Assembly (NCBI RefSeq): GCF_006345805.1
Contig: NC_043006.1
Location: 88,536,001 to 88,600,000, forward strand
DNA: 64,000 nt
From: Octopus sinensis
Lineage: Eukaryota
Reading direction: 5' to 3'
Numbering within the stretch: position 1 is the first letter of the stretch; each line of letters begins with the position of its first letter. Both the position numbers and the translations under genes were made by a program. Under the pieces are notes generated by a model. That model ran no database searches. It saw nothing but the letters and a program-made list of their open reading frames with translations, and was not told the origin of the DNA. Shown here piece after piece: positions 1 through 11,840 of this stretch.

Positions 1-2131
1 ACGAAATTTTTACATCACCAGCATTTAGGGATTCACTGTCACTGTTCAGAGTTAGTGTGGTTCTCCATGATCTCATACTTACAGTCAAGAAGTTTCGCAG
101 AGTTGGTGCTATCTTATACATTTCAAGGCATTTCCTAATCCAGCTATGTGGTAGGCTATCAAAAGCCTTTTTATAGTCTATCCAGGCTATTGATAAGTTT
201 TTGTGTCGTTTGTGACAATCTTCTAAGATCATCTTATTGATGAGTAGTTGGTCTTTACAGCCGTAGGATCCACGTTTACATCCTTTCTGTTCATTAGAGA
301 ATATGCTGCTGTCTGTTAAAAAACTATAGGTATATTCCGTCAGGACAGATGTTAGTGTTTTGTACATAGTTGTTAAGCAGGTTATGGGTCTATAGTTTTT
401 TGGTTCATTTGTTTCTTCACTTTTTGGAAGCAGGAATGTTAACCCATTAACTAGCCAAGGAGGCATCCTACTAGGGTGTTGCAAAACATCATTGTACAGT
501 TCTGTTAGCAGTTCATGGCTCTCTGGGAAGGCATTCAGCCAGAAGTTAGGAATTTTATCCTTTCCTGGAGACTTCCATTTGCTTGACCTCCTGAGAGCAG
601 ATCTTATATCTTCTACCTTGACACCCTCCCACTTTTGCTCTTCTAAGGGGTCCAGTTCTGTAGATATTCTGTCAATCCAGGGGGCCTTTTCGTTGTGTGT
701 TTTTTCTTCTGCCCAGATTTTATTCCAAAATCTTTGCACTTCTTCTTTTGATGGTACAGACCCTGCAGTAAACGCTGTTTTTCCTATCTTCCTGTAAAAA
801 TTCTTGGTGTTATTTTTGAACATGTTGTTGTCCTTGAAAAATCTAACACGCTTTTCATACCTCGCTATGCGGGCAGCTTTGGCAGATACCTTTTGTTTGA
901 TGGTTTCTATGGTGGCATCAATATCAAGTATAGTTTTCATATTGTATTTTTTCAGTAATTTTTGGGTTTTTGTAGGTTTGGTAATCTTGTGAGCCTTAAG
1001 GTTTTTCAAATATTCAATGTCAGATCTAAATATTTTAATTTGTTGTTGCAGACGCTCTTGCCAAGAAGGCTTTTTGTGGGACTGTTGCCGTTTTCTAATC
1101 TTTACACCACATAGGATCGTTGAGATTTTCGCGGATGCATAGTATAGGTGGTTGAGGTTTGTGATATCAACATCATTAACTGAAATTATATCCTTAAGTG
1201 CAAGCCGGATTTTACCAATTATTTTCATGTTTTGGTTAGAGTTGCGGATTTTAGGAAGTGTATCACGCTCATCCATGCTGGTTTCTTTAATTTTCAGCCA
1301 TTCAATCATGATTTGATTTTTTAGCTCATGTAGTTCTGTTGGGTCAATATTTGTGTGACTTTCTTTATCTATTTGATGCTCATCTGTCTTAGTGTTTATG
1401 ATTGGTTCAGGGCGTATTTCACTTTGCCTATCACTTATACTAACTCTTTCAATCCTCTCTTCGTTTTTATCCGCCCTGGGCTGGTCTATAATCATTTCCT
1501 CTGTATTATCTTCTCTAGCTGCAGCTTCGTTCATTTTATCCGATATTGCTTGTCTAACCTGATCAATCTCTACTTCAGTCAGTAATTTCTTTTTTATAAT
1601 GTTTCTTCTAACATTGGCAAGCTTGTTACTGTCTATGTAGGGTCTTACCTCAGGGTGTTTCTGTCTCCAGTTTAAGTATGCTTGTACAGTGCTAGACTTA
1701 TCTGTGGGGAAATATATGGCATGGTAGAAGGCCTCAAGAACTTCTTTATTATCTTCCCTAGACCATTTTTCCTTCTTTTTCTTTTGATGATTTGGTGATG
1801 AGCATGGATGGCCATCTGTTGGAATATTCCGGTTGTGGGGTTCGTCCAGCTCCTGTGTGTTGGGAAGATTTGATCCAGTAACTGATTTTTCAATCAGGAT
1901 TTGGTTCAATTTTCGGGTACGTGGTCTTTTGTAATCCGCGCAATGACCAATGCGGTTTATTGTTTGATTTGTTGACCTTGAAGCATGACAAGCATCCATT
2001 CTTATATTAGGAGATGGATCTGTCAGTCTAGGGTTCACTACATGTAAGCATTGCTCATAGCGCCGCTTCTTAAGACTAGCAGATCTATATTCGTCTGTAT
2101 TTTTTTTGTTGATAGTTTTATCTCCGGACAT
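1..2131 (-). CDS. R4/Dong-clade non-LTR retrotransposon ORF, N-terminus to mid-RT, running off the window edge
   Basis: Hand translation shows no stop from ATG 2131 to position 2 (710 codons), with an upstream in-frame TGA at 2180-2182. Motifs: KWSREDNKEVLEAFY, WKSPGKDKIPNFW, NYRPITCLTTMYK, EQKGCKRGSYGCKDQLLINK, AWIDYKKAFDSLPHSW. Not in the supplied ORF track. Confidence 0.93.
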   Translation of the reverse strand, partial: MSGDKTINKKNTDEYRSASLKKRRYEQCLHVVNPRLTDPSPNIRMDACHASRSTNQTINRIGHCADYKRPRTRKLNQILIEKSVTGSNLPNTQELDEPHNRNIPTDGHPCSSPNHQKKKKEKWSREDNKEVLEAFYHAIYFPTDKSSTVQAYLNWRQKHPEVRPYIDSNKLANVRRNIIKKKLLTEVEIDQVRQAISDKMNEAAAREDNTEEMIIDQPRADKNEERIERVSISDRQSEIRPEPIINTKTDEHQIDKESHTNIDPTELHELKNQIMIEWLKIKETSMDERDTLPKIRNSNQNMKIIGKIRLALKDIISVNDVDITNLNHLYYASAKISTILCGVKIRKRQQSHKKPSWQERLQQQIKIFRSDIEYLKNLKAHKITKPTKTQKLLKKYNMKTILDIDATIETIKQKVSAKAARIARYEKRVRFFKDNNMFKNNTKNFYRKIGKTAFTAGSVPSKEEVQRFWNKIWAEEKTHNEKAPWIDRISTELDPLEEQKWEGVKVEDIRSALRRSSKWKSPGKDKIPNFWLNAFPESHELLTELYNDVLQHPSRMPPWLVNGLTFLLPKSEETNEPKNYRPITCLTTMYKTLTSVLTEYTYSFLTDSSIFSNEQKGCKRGSYGCKDQLLINKMILEDCHKRHKNLSIAWIDYKKAFDSLPHSWIRKCLEMYKIAPTLRNFLTVSMRSWRTTLTLNSDSESLNAGDVKIS

Positions 2132-3147
2132 TTTTTTTTTTTTTTTTTTTTTTTTTTTCCTTTCCTCCTCTTCCCTTCTTCAAGGCTTACTGTGTCTGTA
2201 TTAGTTCGAAATAATGAGAATAAAATACGGAGAAGGAAACGAAAAGAAAGGGAAAAAGACGGGATCTGTCAGTTATTATTGTTATTACTATCATCTTCAC
2301 CACCATCACCATCATCAGCAACATCACCATCACCATCATCTTCAATGACATTGTTTTATGTGTAGCCACAGCCACCATCAACACTCCATTGTGTTGGAGA
2401 ATGGGTGGTTAAAGAATTCATGTTCTTTGGGTCTATAAATAGCTACGGTAGATGGTGGAGACAAAGGACGTTAATGGTCAGTAAAAGGTCAAACCTGTTT
2501 ACGTTTATTTATTTATTTATTTATTTTTTTCCTTTCTCTTTTCTTCTTCACCACATGCATATGTATATGTATATATATGTATATTCACTCACACATATTA
2601 TCTGATGTTTTCCTCGAAGATTTTTTTTTCTTTTTTTAAATAACTTTCTGAGTTCAATGTTATGTATATATTTTTAAATTTCTGAATTCAGTTGTATGTA
2701 TATAGTAGTAGGTGCTTAATTCCATAACTTTTTATCGTGCATTTAATGTGTTGTTACAATAAAAGGTAATTTAAAAGGCAATTTTACACATTCTTATAGT
2801 CATGAGAGACGACTAAATGTAAATGTTCACACAGAATTGGAGATATTTATGTTTCTAATTTTTCTTGTTAGGTGTACGTTTGTATGAGCTGTAGATATGT
2901 AAGTTTTTTTTTTTTTACTTATTTTGAGGGTAATTCAAATTACTTACAGTAAACAGTAGATCTTCCAGTTTTCTACAGTTGACCTGCTGGGTTCGCTGTT
3001 GCCAGTTCAGAGCATCGTAAAAATACGTCCATCCTCTGTCACGTCCAGCCGCCTTGTTTAGGTTCTTCCATACAAGAGGTAGACTGAAAAAACGCAACTA
3101 GGTCGAAACACTGGTGTCTCGAAGTTCACATCAATGAATTGATGTGT

Positions 3148-3161
3148 TGTTATTATTATTA

Positions 3162-3223
<62 letters not shown>

Positions 3224-3225
3224 TA
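3148..3225. repeat. (ATT)n tract, i.e. the (TAA)n tail or target of the adjacent R4/Dong 3' end
   Basis: Near-pure trinucleotide run abutting the element's 3' end on the minus strand. Confidence 0.9.
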
Positions 3226-3900
3226 TATTGTCTTTGCACAGTTTCTAACGCTGGAGATGGACTATGGTGGCAGTTGCTCTCTACCAGTGAACTAATGTAA
3301 CACCCCTTATTTTTCGAGCACCATCCGGAGTATTCGAGTGGTTCCAAGCAGTGCTGTTTTCTGCAAATGATCAACCCTTATTACAGTCCATATTTATTCC
3401 ATGTACTTCGCAAGAGTTTTACTCGCTGTTCTCAGGGCCCCGACAATTATTGGTACTACTACCACCTTTTTCAGCGACCACAGCTGCTTAACTTCCCAAG
3501 CTAACCTGTTATATCTATCGACATTTTTTCTTGTTGTCAGCTGGGCATGCTATATCTATGATCCAGAACCGTTTGCTTTCTTTATCAATTAGCACAATGT
3601 CTGGTTTCCTATTCTCTATTTTATGGTCGCACTGAATCATGAAATCCCATAGATTCTTTGCATTATCATTTTCGATGATGCCGTCGGGTTTATGTTCGTA
3701 CCAGTTTTTTGCTCTGTTAAGTCCATACTTGTTGCAAAGTGTCCAATGGACAATCCCTGCTATATTGTCATGACATTTCTTGTATTCTTTCTGGGCTAGT
3801 AGCGTACATTGACTGGTAATATGCCAGTCCTTTTCCCCCTCTTTTTCTTGCTACATACAGTCTGTCTGTGTCACATTATTATTTTGTCCACAATGTCTGC
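3226..3900 (-). mobile_element. Decayed R4/Dong 3' fragment (Zn knuckle plus restriction-like endonuclease)
   Basis: Minus-strand HITSQC..LAQKEYKKCHDNIAGIVHW..KYGL..WYEHKP..LWDFMIQCDHKIENRKPDIVLIDK..IIDIACP, with frameshifts. Confidence 0.85.
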
Positions 3901-3979
3901 ATTTATCACTTACTGATATGTTGTCTATTCTGTACTTGATGTATATATCTATCATTTTAAATATTTCTATTGGTATTAT

Positions 3980-5270
3980 TCTAAGATCCCTTTAGTAGTG
4001 TCATCTGTGGAGAAAGCATTCAAAACAGGTTTATATTTTGTAATAAAATGATTCTTTGTTAATGCACTAATTATAGGTTGCATTGTCCCTAAATTTATAG
4101 AGGGAAAATGTTGGGTTGTTCATTGGTGGCGCAAATGTCGAGGTGTTTACTTAATGCCATTTTTCTGCATTCCTATATTTTAATCTGGGATCTATGTACG
4201 GTCATCCTCTACCGTAGACTGTTTTTAGTTTGACCAATGTATTGCTCTCGACACCCAGAGCAAACTAACATTATATCAGGTTTTCCGAAGCAGATGTGAA
4301 ATTCTTTTTCATAGTAACACATTGACCCTGTTAGAAGAAGAACTCCGATCCCTCAGTTAGGTTGACGCATATACCACAGTTAGGTCTTCTGCATTTTTTC
4401 TGCCGGTTTCGATGTTACTGTCGTTTGTACTTGGGCTTGTGTTTGAATACTTTTCATTGACTTGGGCTGTCTCTTGCTCTTTATGATGATGTGCGCTTGG
4501 CAGATATGATTCATTCTATGATCCGTTTTTGGTAAAGGAATGTTCTCGAAGATGTCGAAGGCCGCATTGTTCAGGGAGCTGCGTGTGGATATGTATGGTA
4601 GGGCTTATAATTGTAATTCATTGTTTAGTTTGAGATGTCTGACCTCGTGGATATTGAGTTGTAGGGCACGTTGAAAATCTATATCAATTAGGGATGGTGG
4701 ATAATTCCTGCTGATGAGTATCCTTTAGCGAATGTAGTGTGCTCACGGTGCTTGTATCAGATACTATAATGCAAATCCTTTTGGCGGGGTTGAAAGGGAT
4801 ATTCATTCTAGTGTGTCTGGGGTGACATGAGTTGAACGGTAGATATTGCTTAGAAGCTGTGGGCTTATAGTATATATCTGTCTCTATTATGTCTTGGATT
4901 TCTTGATGAGGATATCATTAATTGAATGTTTGTGTCAAGTCCATTTAGAAGTGCTTGAAATTCTTTAGGTCTCTTTATTCTTTCATAGCAAAGAATGATT
5001 TAAATATCTCTTCCAGTTATTTCCTATGTGAAGAAAGAATGGGTTTCCATATTTTTCTAGTACCTTACGATATAGAGTGATTTCTAGGTCCCTGATGACT
5101 AGGTTAGCAAAGGAGGGGGTCATTCTCGTACCCATCCAGTCCTCGAGTACTGTCAATATTTGACGTTGAATACGAAGAAGTTATTCTCCGAGATGAATTT
5201 TAGCTCTTCTATTCCGAATTCTTTTTTGATGCGGTGTGAGAGTTCATTAGAGTAACTCTCTAACCGGAAT
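3980..5270 (-). mobile_element. Decayed Penelope-like element (RT C-terminus, Cys linker, GIY-YIG; Neptune-like, tentative)
   Basis: NIPFNPAKRICIIVSD, KKCRRPNCGICVNL, CSGCREQYIGQTKNSLR*RMTVHRSQIK; many stops and frameshifts. Confidence 0.85.
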
Positions 5271-5278
5271 CGGATTGC

Positions 5279-5338
<60 letters not shown>

Positions 5339-5395
5339 CATTATTGGTGAATTGAAGAAATGGAGCTGAACGCAGATTGAACAGAAATCGTTTTA

Positions 5396-5484
5396 TTTCA
5401 TTCTACACGTGTTTCGAAAGGCACAAATTACCAAAATCCGATTGAATAATGGGACCATATTGTGTCTTTCTCTTCAGGAAGAAA
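5396..5484 (-). ncRNA. Type I hammerhead ribozyme (left pLTR copy)
   Basis: Mirror copy of 6812-6900. Confidence 0.85.
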
Positions 5485-6088
5485 AAAGGAAATCCGTTGG
5501 AAAAACAAAAACAGAACAGAGGCAGAGCAAAAAACAAATCGAACTGTGCTCCTAAGAGCCCATGGCGAAACTGTTTATCAGTGTATGTTGAGAACCGGTG
5601 GCTGAAGAATTCAACAGGTCAGGCATCGGTCAATTATGTGGGTGAGGGTGTATAGATGTTCTTTGTGACCGATAATAAAGTTCTGACTATTTAAAGAATA
5701 TTGGATGTTTTATAAGGGGCGAGAAAAAATCTACTTAGAGACGTGTGTGTGTGTATACTGTTCTATATATGTGTGTGTTGGCGTAGGGGTAGAAAACATT
5801 TTTTGTGTACGTGTGTGCGTTTGATCGTTCGGCTGTCAGTGGCTACTGCCGTGATAACCGTTGGGTGGCAGAAAGAAAAAAAATAAAGAAATTATATATA
5901 TATATTATGTTTTATGTGTGTGTGTGTGTGTGTTCATCCAAGCCTGCCTTGACAAGGAAACCCCCCGCTGTGAAAAAACGTTTGTCTTACAGGAGTAATT
6001 TCCCTTGCAGTGGTTAATTGTAGATATCTTAAAATCTATTTCAGAATTTGTTACCAAGGGCTATGGGTGCCGGTCTTGTTTATAAACG

Positions 6089-6595
6089 CTATTTAAAGGC
6101 CAGATAAGTGTAACGCCGCCAATGGGGGCATCGAAAAGCCGACTGTAAGAGCCCGTTTACCATCCGGCCTCTGGCAAACAAAATATGGAAGAGTTCGGAG
6201 ACACAAAGGTTGCACTGTCTTCTGCCCCTATCAAATGGGAGGGCCACCGACAAAATTGACCATTCCAGCCTATAGCTTAAGTTCGCATCCTTCAGTCGCC
6301 ATATTAGCTTACTGAGTCCCGTGGTCTGGCGCTTGTTCACGTCCCGAAAAGTTGCGTAATGGTTGGAGACACGCAAAGACAATCTTGAGGATGATGCCCC
6401 TATATAAGTGAAGGCATCTGAGTCCGTGTAAACCTTGCATTGGTAGACGGCGTTTTTGATCTTGGAGTTCGCCGACGTGAATCTTACTCTGCTAGGATTG
6501 GTTTCTGAAATTAGAACTCCGTTCCTGTCACTATATTCGTTCCGAGACCTGCAGCCGCTTACTACTCTATTTTCCACTACGTCACTATTAACCAA
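6089..6595 (-). CDS. PLE GIY-YIG endonuclease domain, N-terminally truncated
   Basis: NAVYQCKV..YIGASSSRLSLRVSNHYATF..TGLSKLIWRLKD..WSIL..CNLCVSE; open for 168 aa. Confidence 0.85.
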   Translation of the reverse strand: MVNSDVVENRVVSGCRSRNEYSDRNGVLISETNPSRVRFTSANSKIKNAVYQCKVYTDSDAFTYIGASSSRLSLRVSNHYATFRDVNKRQTTGLSKLIWRLKDANLSYRLEWSILSVALPFDRGRRQCNLCVSELFHILFARGRMVNGLLQSAFRCPHWRRYTYLAFK

Positions 6596-6811
6596 TATTC
6601 TTTAAATAGTCAGAACTTTATTATCGGTCACAAAGAACATCTATACACCCTCACCCACATAATTGACCGATGCCTGACCTGTTGAATTCTTCAGCCACCG
6701 GTTCTCAACATACACTGATAAACAGTTTCGCCATGGGCTCTTAGGAGCACAGTTCGATTTGTTTTTTGCTCTGCCTCTGTTCTGTTTTTGTTTTTCCAAC
6801 GGATTTCCTTT

Positions 6812-6900
6812 TTTCTTCCTGAAGAGAAAGACACAATATGGTCCCATTATTCAATCGGATTTTGGTAATTTGTGCCTTTCGAAACACGTGTAGAATGAAA
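6812..6900 (+). ncRNA. Type I hammerhead ribozyme (right pLTR copy)
   Basis: CTGAAGA 6819-6825; stem II GAAAGACACAA/TTGTGCCTTTC; GAAA 6881-6884; palindromic stem III ACACGTGT; cleavage triplet GTA 6890-6892; stem I TTTCTTC/GAA(T)GAAA. Confidence 0.85.
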
Positions 6901-7108
6901 TAAAACGATTTCTGTTCAATCTGCGTTCAGCTCCATTTCTTCAATTCACCAATAATGTTTTAATTTCAATTATCCGCACCAACGCACGGTTGCAACGCCA
7001 GATGGTTGTACCTCCAACCGTGCTGTTCACTGCTGTGATTTTTGCTACTAAGGTATCGGTTAAACTTTTGATTAATCTACTACAAGATTATTCATCTTTC
7101 TATTTCAC

Positions 7109-7150
<42 letters not shown>

Positions 7151-8393
7151 CAGGGGTTGGACAAACTAATGGAAACACTTAGCATCATAGCATCATTATT
7201 TTGAAATATCTATAAAACCGTAAAAATCTTCTTTATTTTTATGCTTTTTGATATATTATTAGTGTTGCTTAATATGTTTTGCTAAAATTGCTGTTTCTTT
7301 TCAGATATCATCAAAATATGATAATTTAAATTTATTAATTACAAGATCTATTGAACTTTCAAAGAGGTCAAACTGTTGGTGCTCGTATGAGAGACGCTAG
7401 CGAAACGAAAACAGCCGAAATGTTTGGTGTATCAAGAAGTACTGTCTCGAAAGTAATGACAGTCTTTGAGAAAGAGGGAAAAACCTCCTCGTCGAAACAA
7501 AACTTTAGGAGAAAACCAAAACTTTCAGATAGGGACCGTCGGACTCTTACAGTTCGCCAAATTACTGCAGAGCTTAATGACCACCCCGAGAACTTAGTTT
7601 CCACAAAAACTGTTCGCCAGGAGCTGCACAAAGCCAGATTTCACGGGACGGCTGCAATCAGAAAATCTCTACTTTCGAAGACAAACGTTGCAAAGCGTTT
7701 AGAGTGGAGTGAAAACCTACAGAATTGGTCTCTAGATTAGTAGACGAATGCTATTTTCTCGGACGAATCACCCTTTACCTTATTTCCAGCCACCGGCCGA
7801 GTATACGTGTGGAAACAGTCATAAGAAGCATTTGACGCAGATTGCCTTCTTCCAACTGAAAACATGATGGAGGGTCTGTGATGATTTGGTGGTGGTGGGC
7901 TATATCTTGGATATCCGCCAGTCCAATGGTTTCCCTTCATGGCAGAATTGATAGTCAAAACTAGTTAAGCGCTTTATCTCACCAAATTCATCGTATAGAT
8001 GCGGAACTTTTTCCGGAGGGAAGCGCAATCTTTCAGGGTGATAATGCACCAATTCGCACAGCTAAATTTGTTACTGAAGGGCACGGGGAACAGTCTAGTG
8101 AAGTTGAACATCTTATCTGGCCACCACAGTCCCCAGATCTCAATATTATTGAACATTTATGGTGCATTTTAGAAAAACAAGGGGTCAATATCCTCCACCA
8201 TCGTCACTACAAGAACTGGAGACTGTTTTAGCTGAAGAATGGACAAAAATTCATTTGGAAACAATTCAAACTTTGTACGAGTCCATACCTCGTAGAATTC
8301 AAGATGGGGTGGCACTGCCAAAGGCGGTGCCACCCCATATTAAAATAAATTTGTTTGAAATTTTAAGGTGTTTCCATTATTTTGTCCAACCAC

Positions 8394-8395
<2 letters not shown>
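7151..8395 (+). mobile_element. Tc1-family DNA transposon with decayed transposase
   Basis: TIRs CAGGGGTTGGACAAACTAATGGAAACAC / GTGTTTCCATTATTTTGTCCAACCACTA, TA flanks; FSDESPFTLF, QGDNAP, WPPQSPDLNIIEHLW. Confidence 0.92.
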
Positions 8396-8424
<29 letters not shown>

Positions 8425-8428
8425 TATA

Positions 8429-8504
<76 letters not shown>

Positions 8505-8505
<1 letters not shown>

Positions 8506-8688
8506 GTTTCAAATTTATAGAAAAACAAAGATGAAGACAGGTGTAGGAACAATAGGCAAGTGTATTAATTTGAAGCTCGGGAAAAATGGAAAGGTCTTTT
8601 ACGTTTCGAGCCTACGCTCTTCAACAAAAAAAGAATAACTGGAAACAAACAGAAAGAGAGTGAAAAAAATATGCTGAGTTCAGTGATC

Positions 8689-8692
<4 letters not shown>
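8505..8692 (-). mobile_element. Small hammerhead-type mini-element with a decayed core
   Basis: Minus TTGTTGAAGAGCGTAGGCTCGAAACGTAAAAG; lies between (TA)n tracts. Confidence 0.55.
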
Positions 8693-8773
<81 letters not shown>

Positions 8774-8924
8774 TGTATACACACACACACACACGAACAT
8801 GTGAATGTGTGTATATATCTATATATAGTCTGTATTCAAACAATGAATTGCAACTTTTTTAAATGTTAGTGTAACATATGCAGTGAATGGTAGCAGCTGA
8901 TTCGAGGGATAACTCTTTTGTTAT

Positions 8925-9120
8925 TCGGCGAGCTGGCAGAAACGTTAGCACGTCGGGCAAAATGCTTAGCGGTATTTCGTCTGCCTTTCATCCTTTCGGG
9001 GTCGATTAAATAAGTACCAGTTACGCACCGGGGTCAATATAATCGACTTAATCCGTTTGTCTGTCCTTGTTTGTCCTCTCTGTGTTTAGCTCCTTGTGGG
9101 TAGTAAAGAAATAGGTATAG
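8925..9120 (+). mobile_element. SINE family A (GGCGAGCTGGCAGAAACGTTAGC...)
   Basis: Recurs at about 9 loci in the window. Confidence 0.8.
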
Positions 9121-10034
9121 TGCCATTTGTTGCGAATATGCTCCGCACAGTTTGAAAAGTAAGCAGTAAGAATGTTGTGTGTGTGTATATGCGTGTTGTA
9201 GTGAATGTATGTATAGGTTGTGAATATGTGTGTGAATGTGTCTGTTGTGAATGTGTGTGTGTACTTGCGTGTGTACGGGCATGATGGTTCGTCTATCAAA
9301 TTTGAAGCTGACTTAGCTGCTGTAAAAACGACAGATTTAAAATATAAACAAAATTAGATAGAAAAGGCGAGTATTATTCAATTATGGGGTTTGTGTGAAT
9401 GTATATGTATGTGTGTCCGCGCCTGCGTATGTGCGTGTGTGTGGGTATATGTACGTCGTGAATGTGTGTGTGTGTGTGTAAATAGCACACACACGATGCC
9501 TCTGTGACAATAAATAGAATTTGTTTTCATCTCGTGTAACATAAATAAGAGTTGACAAACGAGTCACCATATTACCAAGTACTCGAATTCTACAAGAAGG
9601 AAACCTGAGCAAAATGACTATAATTTATAATTTTTTTTTATCAATCTATTTCGAATATATGTCAAAATTTTGCTCTGAAATTTATAGAAATTTCGTTATT
9701 TTACGAGATGTTGCAAAAAGTGTCTCCGTGACGACAGATTATCTCCTCAAACCAATGTATCCTATGAATTAAGAGGCGAGAATGCGAATGTTATAAAGCA
9801 TTGATTTTCAAGAGATGAAAGCTAAATAATTATGTTATATATCATTTTATTTCATATACGTATTTAGAAAATATGCCAAGAGTTATTTCTGAAAATTCTA
9901 GAAATTCTAGCTATTCCGCATGGGAGATGCAAAAATTTTGTGTTCAACACAAGAACTGTGAGTCAGTATAATCGACCGCCAACCCTACGACCAGTTTTGA
10001 GAACAAATTTTCTGAACAGTCCTCTTTCTTTCTC

Positions 10035-10073
<39 letters not shown>

Positions 10074-10094
10074 TTATATATGCATAAAAAAATA

Positions 10095-10343
10095 ATAAAT
10101 GTTCCTTCTCGAGCCATGCTAGGCTCATAAGAACCGGTTTCCCGGTTTCAGTGGCATAGAAATTCCCCACCTGGACGGGACGCCGGTCCGTCGCAGGACT
10201 ACTCAATTTTGCCAGCTAAGTGGACTGGAGCAACGTGAAGTGAAGTGTTTTGCTCAAGAACACAACGCCCTGTCCAGGAATCGAAACCACAACCATACGA
10301 TCATGAGTTCAACACCCTAACCACTAAGCCACGCGCCTCCACG
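10095..10343 (-). mobile_element. tRNA-derived SINE
   Basis: Head GGAGGCGCGTGGCTTAGTGGTTAGGG...GGTTTCGATTCC (A/B boxes); relatives near 23100-23340 and 23728-23870. Confidence 0.75.
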
Positions 10344-10409
10344 AATATATATATGAATGTATGTAAATGATGATTTCAAATTTTGGCAGAAGGGCAGGAA
10401 TTTCGTGGG

Positions 10410-10560
10410 TGGAGTAAGTTGGTGACATCGACCCCAGTGCTCACTGGTACTTATTTTATCACCCCCCCCCCCGAAAGGATGAAAGGTAAAGTGAACCTCG
10501 GCTGAATTTGAAAAGAGAACGTAAAGACGGATGAAATGCCGCTAACGATTCTGACAGATG
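10410..10560 (-). mobile_element. SINE family A fragment
   Basis: Reverse complement of the family A core. Confidence 0.7.
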
Positions 10561-11431
10561 GCCAATAAAAAAAGCGCACTAATTCGATATTATTTGCATG
10601 TTGACCCTTCCAAGACAGAGCAAAATGTATTTTAAAACACGAATTCACGTCAAGAATCTTGAAGCCAAATGTAAAAACGATATATATTTGTGTATGTAGA
10701 CATATATACACACATATAATTTTTCATACATATATATATGTATATATGTGTGTATGTGTGTGAATGTGCATGTGTGTGTATGTGTACGTGTGTATGTGTG
10801 TGTGTGTGTGTGTATGTGTGTGTGCGTGTGTGTCTTAGCTTTGAATAAAATATATTTGTATAAAGCCATGATTAGCACGTTCAGTTGTAATAGAACACTC
10901 TATAACCTATGGGAGCAACACATAAACGCACGTGTCGTACGATCTAATGACTTCAGTCAAAGCCCAAAACAAAATGTATATTTGTAGAGGTCTAAGTAGA
11001 AATTTCCTTCCGGGATTAGTCTTGCATTGATAGGCCTTATCACGGCCGATTAAAATCGGACGTGTTAAACATGACTCTATACGAATATATGTGCACGTAC
11101 CATAATTTTTATCGTTTTACGTTCAGTTTGAGAAGAGAAAAAGAGAGACAGAGGGAAAGAAATGATGATGATGATGATGATTATGATGATAATGATGATG
11201 ATGATGATGATGATGACCACAACGATGATGACCACAACGATGGCAACGAGCTAACGGTAAGCTCCTGAGTCGCCATTTACAAAGATCAATTCGAAATGCC
11301 TTAACAATGAACAGTGACATGGCTGATTATGCACCACGTTCACTATAAAAACCTGACCTTCTCTAGTAATAACTATAAGAATCTAAGCATCGGGAACGCT
11401 AGCCGAGGCAAATATATTAAAAAAATGTCAT

Positions 11432-11840
11432 ATAGGCGCATGAGTAACTGTGTGGTAAGTAGCTTGCTTACCAATCACATGGTTCCGGGTTCAGTCCCAC
11501 TGCGTGGCACCTTGAGCAAGTGTCTTTTACTATAGCTTCAGGCCGACCAAAGCTTTGTGAGTGGATTTGGCAGACGGAAACTGAAAAGAAGCCCGTCGTA
11601 TATATTTATATGTGTATATATGCGTGTGTTTGTATGTCTGTGTTTGCCACCCCACCCCCCAAACATCGCTTGACAACCGATGCTGGTGTGTTTACGTCCC
11701 CGTAACTTAGCGGTTCGGCAAAAGAGACCGATAGAATAAGTACTAGGCTTACAAAGAATAAGTCCTGGAGTCGATTTGCTCGACTAAAGGCGGCCACAGT
11801 CAAATGACTGAAACAAGTAAAAGATTAAAAGAGTAAGAGT
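11432..11840 (+). mobile_element. SINE family B (tRNA-like head, internal microsatellite, ...GACTGAAACAAGTAAAAGA tail)
   Basis: GGTTCCGGGTTCAGTCCCACTGCG head; copies or parts at 17305-17770(-), 24950-25130, 40620-40790, 41320-41500, 48335-48510, 56660-57050. Confidence 0.8.

Larger units (their letters stand above)
5337..7110 (-). mobile_element. 5'-truncated Penelope-like element with inverted pseudo-LTRs, inserted in (TA)n
   Basis: 368-bp inverted repeat 5337-5704 / 6592-6959 (no mismatch seen by eye) encloses a GIY-YIG frame; (TA)n on both flanks. Confidence 0.88.

Noticed and set aside
5449-6847. Two identical 68-aa ORFs on opposite strands
   Set aside because: A by-product of the 368-bp inverted repeat; antisense to the hammerhead, with no protein motif
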